Notes under the pieces: model-generated
What the model was told of the DNA's origin: nothing
The model's input: only the letters and a program-made list of their open reading frames with translations
Databases searched by the model: none
Source: Magallana gigas
Lineage: Eukaryota
Assembly (NCBI RefSeq): GCF_963853765.1
Contig: NC_088858.1
Coordinates: 25,296,001 to 25,360,000 of the forward strand
Direction: 5' to 3'
Length of the DNA: 64,000 bases
Shown here: one piece after another, positions 54,101-60,488 of the stretch
Position numbering within the stretch: position 1 is the first letter of the stretch
How the letters are laid out: every line of letters begins with the position of its first letter
Made by a program: the position numbers and the translations under genes

Positions 54101-55322
54101 AATTTTTTTAGGTCTTTCAATAAAAACCAAACCCAATTGCTTGTTTTCAGCATGTTGAATTTTCTTGCATTACGTCTTTTAACAGAATCACAGTTGGGCT
54201 GTAAATGTTACATTGGATGGGATGGAATACTATCGTGGCCAAATGAGTGGAGATCGTTCTACAGAGTTCAATGACGCCACGGGCCTTGCTTCTCTGTCGG
54301 GCATCAGATTCACTGAACCAGGCATGGTGATCCTAAAGATAGGAGTGACCTCTGATCCTGCTGAATATTCATTAGAAAAACAAACGCTGATTAATATTCG
54401 TAAACGAAATGTTATATCATCCTCCAATAATGCCTCTCAGAGAATAGGGTTGTTGTTTGATGCTGACTATGACACAGTTATTGGATCTAGATACCAGCTG
54501 CAGTTCCAGGCCATGATGGGCAACTATTTGTCCCAGCTTTATCCGGACATCATTCTGAACTCAGTCAAAATTGAAAAAGGTCAGTTTAGTTCTATGACTC
54601 CTTATATTGACATTGTACTTACAAGTTGCAAAAATTTAAATCTGTAAGTCTTAGTGATACCAGTATATTGTAAATGTATGATACAGTGAAGAATTACACA
54701 TACTTTTTTATCAACTACCTGTAAAATTAAAGTTATTTTATAATTTACTGAAGTAAAGATCTCCAAGTTTAGTTTTCAGTGTAAATTTGTTAGTTTGGAT
54801 AACTATGTACATACAGCCTATATGGTTCTTTTATCAGTGGTCTCTTGATGTCAAAATGGACTGTCTTCTTGCCTTTTTGTAGGAAGCATCTTTGTGACCT
54901 TTGAGGTCTCTGGAGGTTCCAGCCTGATGAACTCCACAGTGGACAGTTTATGTGGCGCCGTGGAGAACAGAACAGTATTCAACTTCCGTGGAACTGCTCT
55001 GCAGCTGTCCAAGTACTTGACTGTGGATGGAGTGGATTACCATGGGACCAAGTGTGGAGCTCAGGTAAAAAGCAGTCTCAAGAGCAGGTTTAGGCCAGAA
55101 CATCAACCCTTTCCCTTATAATAATGATTTTTTTCCAATTTGCCTTTTGGGCTGAAAAATGTTACATTATAACATTATATAACATACTGTGGTTTCATTA
55201 ATATTCAAGGATATCAATTTTCGTGGAAAAAGTGAAAATCACAGTTTCAAGGATACGTAAATTCGTGGCCAATGCATGACCCTATCAATACTATTACTTA
55301 TTAGGTTAGTTACTGACTCACT

Positions 55323-55359
<37 letters not shown>

Positions 55360-57428
55360 GAGGCGAAGCCGAGCCGTCGATGAGATTGATCAACCCAATA
55401 TATTTCCGTAGTGAGTCAGTAACTAACCTAATAAGTGTTTTGTTTTCCCGAGGACTATCAAGCGACATATTCATTCACAAATAGCGGTGATCTACGCAAA
55501 GCCATGTACAAGATGCCTTACATCTCGTCCAATTAAACTCATTTAAACTCTTCAAAATTATCAATACCACCTTTCAAATACGCTTAAAAAATCTTTGCTT
55601 CAGCCATATTACTTACAATGTTTTGTTGCTATTCAATTTTAAACTTCTGCAGAGATTTGAGCAAATTTAGACGCTGCCATTTTGTTCTGCTCCAGACACA
55701 ACAATGTGACGTCAATATTCAAAGGGCAACTACTCTAATTTAAAAAATAATTCCAAAGGGCCACTACTCTAAATATTTTAATGACTTACTAAACACGATT
55801 TCTGTGTTAAATAATATGAAATATCGAGATAAATAGGTGAGGCGGCGGCCAATGACGGCCATATTGCCTAATATTAATCCTCACAGAACCTACATAGAGA
55901 TATATGAGGCAATCACGTGCCATGTTTAATCCAATGAAAATGTGACATTTCAGTGCGAGGGAAAACAAAAAATGATAGTAGAAATTCCACTATAATGAAC
56001 ATTTAATTTCATGGATAAACTTAACAACGAAATCCACAAAAATTGGTATTCAGCGAATATTGATGAAACCACAGTACCAGTAATTTGAATTACATGTATA
56101 AGCATGTACCCAATATTTATCCTTAAGGTAGTCCATCCATAACTATCATATGTCATATCTAATAGACTGCAAGTTTGATCATGAAAATCTTAGTGTGTTT
56201 TTAAGGGTTTTATTAAATAATAAAGATTCACCTTTGAAATTTTAAAAGGAAATTGAATATTTACAAATTTATTATATGCTTAAGTTAACATTGAAGTCTA
56301 TGGGGAAAATGCATTTTTAGATACATTTCTTTAGTACAAGTAATTTTCTCACATTTTTCTTGGTTAAAAGTTGCAAACAATTTTCCTTTCTTCGAATATG
56401 CTAAAATAATCCATAATTTACCATACATATTTTCAGAAAATGATTTTTAAAAAAAATTCCTAAAGGGCAGACAACTCTTTTAAAAAGTTCTAACTGCAAA
56501 AAATTCATTTGATTGACTACATACATACTCCAGAGTTTGGTTTGTGTAAGCCTCATAATAACTTTAAATTACGAATTTGATGTAGTTTTGATCAATTAAA
56601 AGTGTTAAATTCGCCTTAGTTATGGATGGAATACCTTAAATATATACATTTGCAAATACGCTTCCTTATATGATTCTATAGAATAGTGAAAACTGTCAAT
56701 TTTGTGTGAACATTTCCGTGATGTCACAATGATAACCGCACACGCTTATCGCTTTGCGGTTGTAATATTGTAAACATAAAAACACCATTACATTAATGAT
56801 TTGTCTTCTTCAAGCGTAAATATAAGTAATAAACAGCAATGTTAAAAAGTTCACCATGATATGAACTTGGTTTGTACATGATCAAATCTTCTGAGAAGCC
56901 CTTCGTGACCAACCAAGTTCATATATCCCGGTGAACTTTTTAACATCGCTGTTTGTTTCTTAATTGAATATTAGTACTCATGATAGTTCATGAATATGCA
57001 TGTTCAAAGGTGAAGATTAACAGTAGATGTTTGAATTTTGCTTTAAAACTCTAATTAATTAATTACATTGTATTATTCAGGTGCCAGTAATAGTCAAGGA
57101 GAAAGAGACATTGTCAACCGGTATAATAGTAGCTGTGGCCATCGTTGGTGTGGCACTGTTGATCATGGTCGTGGCTGTCGTCTATTGGAGGTTGAAAATA
57201 GTTCCGAAGACGCAAACGTATGATTTAAGTTCTCCAGAATATCAAAACAGAGCTGGGAGCTCCAAAGGGAGTGTAAAGGGCGATGACAAAGTGGATTCTA
57301 ATGTCAATAGCTTTGTGAACGAAACTTACAGTTCCGTAGCTCCAGCAGATACCGCTTTTAGTACGTTTAGAAAAAGTGGAGAATCCACATCAACCAGGGA
57401 ATCAAAGCATGAAAAAGCGGAGAAGTGA
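16472..57428 (+). CDS. PKHD1L1: Fibrocystin-L / PKHD1-like 1 homologue, about 4,592 aa type I membrane protein with an extra N-terminal kringle; 54 coding exons
   Basis: Hand-spliced exons (all GT-AG, phases compatible, total 13,779 nt, divisible by 3): 16472-16541, 17809-18066, 18398-18593, 19434-19542, 19834-20036, 21047-21120, 21871-21913, 22240-22418, 22735-22824, 23494-23762, 24562-24656, 24812-25098, 26111-26260, 27241-27401, 27576-27806, 28514-28641, 28958-29118, 29479-29645, 30419-30518, 31525-31682, 32055-32280, 32653-32925, 33488-33612, 33816-33954, 34076-34256, 34762-35009, 35237-35425, 36286-36468, 36652-38145, 38406-38555, 39133-39298, 39473-39629, 40060-40216, 40608-40687, 41248-41377, 41589-41957, 42067-43586, 43764-43935, 44416-44652, 44983-45240, 45481-45729, 46027-46203, 47127-47360, 47483-47779, 47871-48296, 48443-48608, 48889-49121, 51310-51552, 51843-52406, 52598-52908, 53517-53888, 54186-54579, 54883-55064, 57081-57428. 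Recognisable fibrocystin-L motifs: ILIRGEGFS, GNRGLLLEIW (PA14), WSSPFTWGG (G8), QAFRLGRYPIHFH, AAYWVTNP, AEVGLLTRNI, LDADTETRRLSP, GPQDHGWCSGYTC. Confidence 0.93.
17038..17261. repeat. Perfect 39-bp inverted repeat
   Basis: AGATCTGCCTTAAACTTTAAAATAAGATAATTTTGGCCA (17038-17076) and its exact reverse complement (17223-17261). Confidence 0.9.
17809..18066 (+). CDS. Kringle domain exon (phase 1-1), in frame with signal peptide and TIG1
   Basis: TTTCAG|GT GAG...TGT G|GTAAAT, 258 nt. Translates GEEDCKKTIKGLDYRGKISTTPSGRTCQRWDSQSPHRHSGYAENLPGGASAHENYCRNPKDHWETKPWCYTTDPRRRWEYCDIPFC, with six Cys and the kringle hallmarks YRG, CQRW, NYCRNP, PWCYT and WEYC. Confidence 0.93.
18398..22824 (+). CDS. PKHD1L1: PKHD1L1 exons 3-9: IPT/TIG domains 1-3
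   Basis: SMTPNQGSLCGETRILIRGEGFS; TPTITSVEPSSGPP; SVHPSVGSVRGGTMVTITGKNFD, followed by the C-x-V...C-x-T pattern. Confidence 0.9.
18776..19257. mobile_element. Kolobok-like non-autonomous element, family copy A
   Basis: TTAA|AGTGGCATGATCACGATTTTGG ... CCAAAATCATTACCATGCCTCT. The interior matches 31005-31478 in reverse orientation. Confidence 0.65.
20772..20945. mobile_element. Tigger/pogo-derived MITE (174 bp)
   Basis: TA|CAGTAAAACACGGTTATA...TATAACCGTGTTTTACTG|TA, an 18-bp perfect TIR with the same termini as the element at 49220-50595. Confidence 0.9.
21187..21503. mobile_element. Kolobok-like non-autonomous element containing a tRNA-derived segment
   Basis: TTAA|GGTGGAATAACA...TGTTATTCCACC|TTAA. 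The minus strand of 21350-21419 has A-box TAGCCGAGTGG and B-box GAGTTCAAATCC. Confidence 0.85.
22900..23140 (+). mobile_element. Old SINE remnant (tRNA head plus Deu/Nin-like central domain)
   Basis: GGTTCAGATTC, then GTTGTGTCC..GACAAAACACTTTATCTGCATTG and GTCCCATACAGGGGGTG. These resemble conserved-domain SINE cores, from memory. Confidence 0.4.
23193..23376. repeat. Minisatellite with A-B-A-B higher-order structure (49+45 bp)
   Basis: Units start at 23193, 23242, 23287 and 23336; core TATAATTGAAGC(T/C)TCCAATTCAG. Confidence 0.9.
23494..25098 (+). CDS. PKHD1L1: PKHD1L1 exons 10-12: PA14 domain
   Basis: GNRGLLLEIW...GFFVPPWTGDYSFAMKADD...HYMVILQRDYGGPG matches the PA14 consensus (G-F-x-P-P-x-x-G-x-Y-x-F...S/A-D-D). 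Confidence 0.85.
26521..27138 (+). mobile_element. pearl/HINE-type (Helentron-associated) non-autonomous element with ~2.5 internal ~150-bp repeats
   Basis: 5' TTTTATACACCCCCGCAAAC..GTTTGGGGGGGTATA hairpin, GTCY microsatellite, repeat units at 26611/26765/26911, 3' subTIR GCGGGGGGTAT (27096-27106) and hairpin TGTGAGC-TT-GCTCACA (27111-27126). A degenerate left-end copy lies at ~27840-27940. Confidence 0.85.
28208..28264. repeat. Three perfect tandem 18-mers TAGGTCTGTGTGACATCA
   Basis: Read directly from the sequence; no spacers. Confidence 0.95.
29181..29386. mobile_element. TA-flanked MITE (Tc1/mariner-type)
   Basis: TA|CTGTACACAGG ... CCTGTGTACAG|TA. Confidence 0.8.
29779..30364 (-). mobile_element. 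5'-truncated retroposed insertion with poly(A), AATAAA, 13-bp TSD and an internal 189-bp tandem duplication
   Basis: TSD AAATTTCAGATTT at 29766-29778 and 30365-30377. The minus strand ends AATAAATGGAAGACGATAT-A(n). Duplicated units start at 29813 and 30002. Confidence 0.8.
31005..31478. mobile_element. Kolobok-like non-autonomous element, family copy B
   Basis: TTAC|AGGGACATGGTCACGATTTTGGTCAAA ... TTTGACCAAAATCGTGACCATCCCCCT|TTAA. Confidence 0.75.
32055..35009 (+). CDS. PKHD1L1: PKHD1L1 exons 21-26: IPT/TIG domains 4-7
   Basis: TPTILSVSP, SIQSMAPSSVSLGG, ISSIEPNATYVAGGTEITIQGSG, VTDISPLRGSLRGGAMLTIRGDGF. Confidence 0.9.
35237..36468 (+). CDS. PKHD1L1: PKHD1L1 exons 27-28: cupredoxin/plastocyanin-like domain
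   Basis: AWNPQYLIIKVGDIVEWKW...GFNSG...FRHQFTAVGRYCYWS resembles the cupredoxin-fold insert of fibrocystin-L. No complete copper-ligand set is evident. Confidence 0.7.
35725..35865. repeat. Two ~68-bp tandem copies inside a probable TE remnant
   Basis: AAAAACTCATGCAACAAATGCGA(G/A)AGCTCATGCAA..TATGTGATAGGAGC repeated twice. Confidence 0.8.
36652..39629 (+). CDS. PKHD1L1: PKHD1L1 exons 29-32: IPT/TIG domains 8-14 (includes the 1,494-bp exon)
   Basis: ORF 36711-38156 plus exons 30-32, with repeated P-x-I/V-T-x-V/I-S-P-x-x-G...ITI-x-G-x-GF units. Confidence 0.93.
39821..40002. mobile_element. Older copy of the Tigger/pogo-derived MITE
   Basis: TA|CAGTAAAACACG ... TGTTTTACTG|TA. The interior is colinear with 20772-20945 but more diverged. 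Confidence 0.8.
40060..43935 (+). CDS. PKHD1L1: PKHD1L1 exons 33-38: first G8 domain and PbH1 beta-helix (TMEM2-like) region
   Basis: WSSPFTWGGGPLPKEGDLVVI (G8 start); ORF 42114-43616 with RLGRYPIHFH, FNRAINIHG, HNVAYN and GGTHFGFWY. Confidence 0.93.
40984..41205. mobile_element. Degenerate CTGTGG-type MITE
   Basis: CTGTGGAATCATTAGATTT ... AATTTTAATGGTTCCATAG|TA; related in style to 55187-56074. Confidence 0.55.
43964..44110. repeat. 86-bp tandem duplication in intron 38
   Basis: TATTATAAGTGTCTTTCCCAGT at 43964 and 44050, with colinear downstream sequence. Confidence 0.8.
44416..49121 (+). CDS. PKHD1L1: PKHD1L1 exons 39-47: second G8 domain and second PbH1 region
   Basis: WSESDTW...VPQDGDDVTI (G8), AEVGLLTRNIRVEG, ARISNVEFYHSGQEG, WKNFDYGIFYQ, CVDMACDA. 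Confidence 0.9.
46365..46570. repeat. Half copy of the 10241 foldback family with its tail
   Basis: AAGGAATCATTCTTTGAGTATTATGAGGTGATAATTTCGGTCGGGGCGTGATCAAATCCAATA matches the 10250 arm. Confidence 0.8.
49220..50595 (-). mobile_element. Internally deleted Tigger/pogo (CENP-B-like transposase) element, 1,376 bp
   Basis: TA|CAGTAAAACACGCTTATAACG ... TATAAGTGTGTTTTACTG|TA. The minus strand encodes MDSPSRKRKAISLETKYQII..., then after a frameshift KDIAREFGILPNSLSTILKNR (CENP-B/psq HTH), joined directly to the acidic C-terminus DYVDIDKE...LTDDQIIDAV...DESSDDDSE. The DDE core is absent. Confidence 0.9.
51310..55064 (+). CDS. PKHD1L1: PKHD1L1 exons 48-53: C-terminal ectodomain with RRKR site, two Ig-like modules and an SEA-like module
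   Basis: GPQDHGWCSGYTC, YSQPWRLDVY, NLASFLNIDASRVRI...RRKR, GWANFTDL, then QRIGLLFDADY...EKG|SIFVTFEV. Confidence 0.85.
52947..53048. mobile_element. Short TA-flanked MITE
   Basis: TA|CTATAAACCA ... TTGGTTTACAG|TA. Confidence 0.6.
55187..56074. mobile_element. TA-flanked MITE split by a ~700-bp nested insertion
   Basis: TA|CTGTGGTTTCATTAATATTC ... GAATATTGATGAAACCACAG|TA. MITE-like sequence stops near 55290 and resumes near 55990. Confidence 0.8.
55296..55436. repeat. Perfect 57-bp-arm hairpin with GGCGAAGCC apex
   Basis: 55296-55352 is the exact reverse complement of 55380-55436; the 27-nt loop is AGATGGCGAGGCGAAGCCGAGCCGTCG. Confidence 0.95.
56127..56635. mobile_element. Kolobok-like non-autonomous element (509 bp)
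   Basis: TTAA|GGTAGTCCATCCATAACTA ... TAGTTATGGATGGAATACC|TTAA (18/19 TIR match). Confidence 0.85.
56830..56956. repeat. Imperfect foldback element with GAAGCC apex remnant
   Basis: AAACAGCAATGTTAAAAAGTTCACCATGATATGAACTTGGTT / AACCAAGTTCATATATCCCGGTGAACTTTTTAACATCGCTGTTT. Confidence 0.8.
57081..57428 (+). CDS. PKHD1L1: PKHD1L1 terminal exon: transmembrane helix and 79-aa cytoplasmic tail
   Basis: Acceptor TATTCAG at 57080; IIVAVAIVGVALLIMVVAVVYW followed by RLK; stop TGA at 57426-57428. Confidence 0.88.
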   Translation: MPVIVKEKETLSTGIIVAVAIVGVALLIMVVAVVYWRLKIVPKTQTYDLSSPEYQNRAGSSKGSVKGDDKVDSNVNSFVNETYSSVAPADTAFSTFRKSGESTSTRESKHEKAEK

Positions 57429-57893
57429 TTCAGGGACATGTAAATGACCAGTGATAAGTGCTGAATCCACATTAAGCTTTGTATCAAAACCTGATGTGGA
57501 ACATGATTCAGGAACATGTGAAAGACTTAAGACTATTGAAGCTGTGATCTGCCTTTGCAAATGCAAATCCAAAGTTTTATAAAATTTCTGAAGAATACAT
57601 GTATTAACAAGAATATTTCCTAATATGGGCAGTTTACTTGAATTTATAGACTCTTTAATTTCATTTATACATGTATTTTCACATTTATTTCTTTCCTTTT
57701 TATAAATGCAATTTCTGAGAAATGTTGAAGGAATATATTCATTTACATACTACTATTATTATTATATAAGCTTGCTTTTATATTGGTGCATTGATGTTTT
57801 AAAAGCTCTGATCTTCATTAAAACTTGATACACGTGAAATCTCAGGGATAATTTCACTTGAAATGTAAGGAATAGTTGACTTGCAATATAACA

Positions 57894-57899
57894 AATAAA
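57894..57899 (+). terminator. Probable polyadenylation signal of the PKHD1L1-like gene
   Basis: AATAAA about 470 nt after the stop codon, followed by a T/GT-rich tract (AGTGTGTTTACTTTT). Confidence 0.5.
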
Positions 57900-58344
57900 A
57901 TATTATATTATCTTGCAATCAGTGTGTTTACTTTTGATGCTACATAGCCTTCTTTAAGAAAATTATTCAGGAGGAAGGGTGCTGGCACATACACTACGGC
58001 CAACGCGGTTTGCGTATTTAGCGCGAGTCCTCGTGGTGTGAAATTGATCGCGGTTTATTATAAGTAACTCGGGTAAAACCGCGCATCCTCGCGGTACAGC
58101 GTCTCACCTTGTCCATGTGAAAAACTGTTCTTGTTTTCAACGCGAGTTACCTCCCCCAATTTCTTCTCATGGGAAATATGATTGGGGAATTGATGAATAT
58201 TACTTCATATTCCTTTATTTTATAAATGGAGTTGATGGCTACAATTTATTAATTTTTTTTGGTCATTTCTCTTAAATATGTTTTAAGAATTCGTTTAATG
58301 AATAACAAAGTACATGTAGATATGAAGTTTTTTTTAAAAATTTA

Positions 58345-58445
58345 ATGCACTCGCTTATAACCGCTGCGACCCGATTCGATCCCCGTGATCGACAGTGATT
58401 GTAAGTGACAGGGTATGGTAGACGCCCGCTTATAAACGTGGGTTT
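58345..58445 (+). mobile_element. tRNA-derived SINE remnant
   Basis: CGACCCGATTCGATCCCCGTGATCGAC...GGTTTTCTCCGGGCACTTCGGCTT; same family as 11535-11720. Confidence 0.6.
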
Positions 58446-58999
58446 TCTCCGGGCACTTCGGCTTAATGTAGTGATCCAGTTCTATGTAAAAGAAATTATT
58501 TTATATGACAATCTTCCCAAGTCAAGGGTTTCTGATCTCTGAGATGTGTGGAAAAGAAACTCATGTCATGGAAAGATGTTATCTGGTCAGTATATTGAAG
58601 AGTTGTTCAGGTTTTGAAATTCTTGAAATTTTTGTTGATGGCCGCAGAAAGTCCTGAATTTTCAAAGTATTCAAAGTTGCATTAGACTTAATTTTTTCGA
58701 AGATTTTTATATTTTTACTAAAGTTAATTGATGCGTGTCATTCATTATCAATTTGAACTTCATACATGGTTAATTGTCGCTTGGCAATATTGGATTAAAT
58801 ATGTATTTTAAGAATTTAACTTTAATATCCTGTGCATTGTAAACTTGTAGAAACGAGCTGTATGCTTTTTGCGTGCTTATACAATGAAGCTGTGAATATT
58901 ATTAAAGATTGACCGTTAAAAACCAACAGGTTTCTTATCACCAAAAGTCTACTGCATGTACAATTTTTGGCCCCTGGAGCTAGAAGGTATAGATAATCC

Positions 59000-59205
59000 G
59001 AGATTCCTCCGACCCTGACTCATGAGTGAATGTTTTTGAAATATCATATACATATAATAAAAGCGTGGTAACAATCAGAAGAGTCTCAGATTAGGGTTTT
59101 GACTTCAATATGAAGCTTAAAATGCAAATATGAGACTCTTTGACATGTCAATCTAAGGGTAATGGTACTCAGGTGACCGTCAAGGCCTGTGGGCCTCCTT
59201 TTTTG
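59000..59205 (+). mobile_element. 3' end remnant of a Helentron-type element
   Basis: subTIR-like ACTCAGGTGACCG followed by hairpin AGGCCTGTGGGCCT. Confidence 0.5.
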
Positions 59206-59937
59206 CGTTGATCGCCACCTTCTTATGAAGTCCCCTCTTGGTACTTATTGTGATAACAGCTAATCCAATAAAAAATATCACCAATTCAAAATTAAAAGAA
59301 AAATCTCAACTTTTCAGAAAGGTGAAATCACATAGTTATACAGATTATAACACCTTTTCAAAACGAGCACAATTGAGTGGCACTTATTTCATAAAAAAAG
59401 AGGAAGCAGTTTCGTTCTATTAGTTTTATTTTCAAGTAAAGAAAAAAAGGAAGTATGTCTAACAATAAAGTATTTTGTAACACGATTTGTGATGTATGAT
59501 CTAATGTCTGAGATACTGTGTTTGTAAAGTTGAATTAGTATATGAACTCGGTTGTGTAAACAGAAATACTTCATTGCATTTTTACTGGCACGTAACGCGG
59601 AAAGGATTTATTTAACTAACCACGCGGGGGGGGGGGGGTAATTTCGGGATCCGCGTTGCCTGAACTGTATATAAATAAATTTGAAACAATCAACTAAGAG
59701 AGAACTTTCAATTTTCTATCCAAGTTTATGACTGTGATTTAAAAATGCATTAAATTTTTATAAAAATATTAAACGTTAGATCTGCATGATTTCAATTATT
59801 AATTTAAGTTTCCATTCCTTATTGTCATTAATAATGTTTTGTTGATTGAGAATGACACTCAAGAAATAAAGCTCTATGGCTTCACATCCTTTCCGGAGTC
59901 CGAATGACCGATCAACATTTGAATGTTATTTTGAGGT

Positions 59938-60187
59938 AACGTCATGACGAGTATGACGCAACAAAACAAGTGACGTAACAATCGTTGCTACAAACAGGAA
60001 TCTAGGTAGAGGGAGGAATAGTGATTGCAAGGTATGGTTAGCAATTCTTGTTGGAATTTCAAGTGATTATCAAACATCTTTTCAAAAATAATACTTTATC
60101 TATATATATATACGACGAGTTTTACATTTCCAGAATTTCAAAATGGAGAAGTTGTTTTATTTTGGAGATGACGATTTGGGCCAAGCG
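59938..60187 (+). other. Possible 5' end of a further gene (TGACG cluster, non-coding exon, first coding exon MEKLFYFGDDDLGQA)
   Basis: TGACG motifs at 59938-59978, donor AAG|GTATGG at 60031, acceptor TTTTACATTTCCAG at 60133, ATG at 60143 and donor GCG|GTTAGT at 60187. No downstream exon was found in the window. Confidence 0.3.
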
Positions 60188-60488
60188 GTTAGTGATATTT
60201 TATACCGACCTCACTTTATGATTTTACGTAGATTCAGAAATAAACCGTTAAAACTTAGAGATTTATAACTTTATTAATTAAAATTTGGCGTGCATACATG
60301 GTAATAAATAAATACACTGAAAAATTAAACCGCTACATAATAAACTATGTCTACATGTAACAATCTAGCTAGTATTAATAGTGTATAAGTTGTTTCTTAT
60401 TATTATGATAGATGAAATATACTGTACAAAAATATCTTAAAATTTCATACACAATGTAGCTGTTCTATGGAATTACAAACAGTATATT

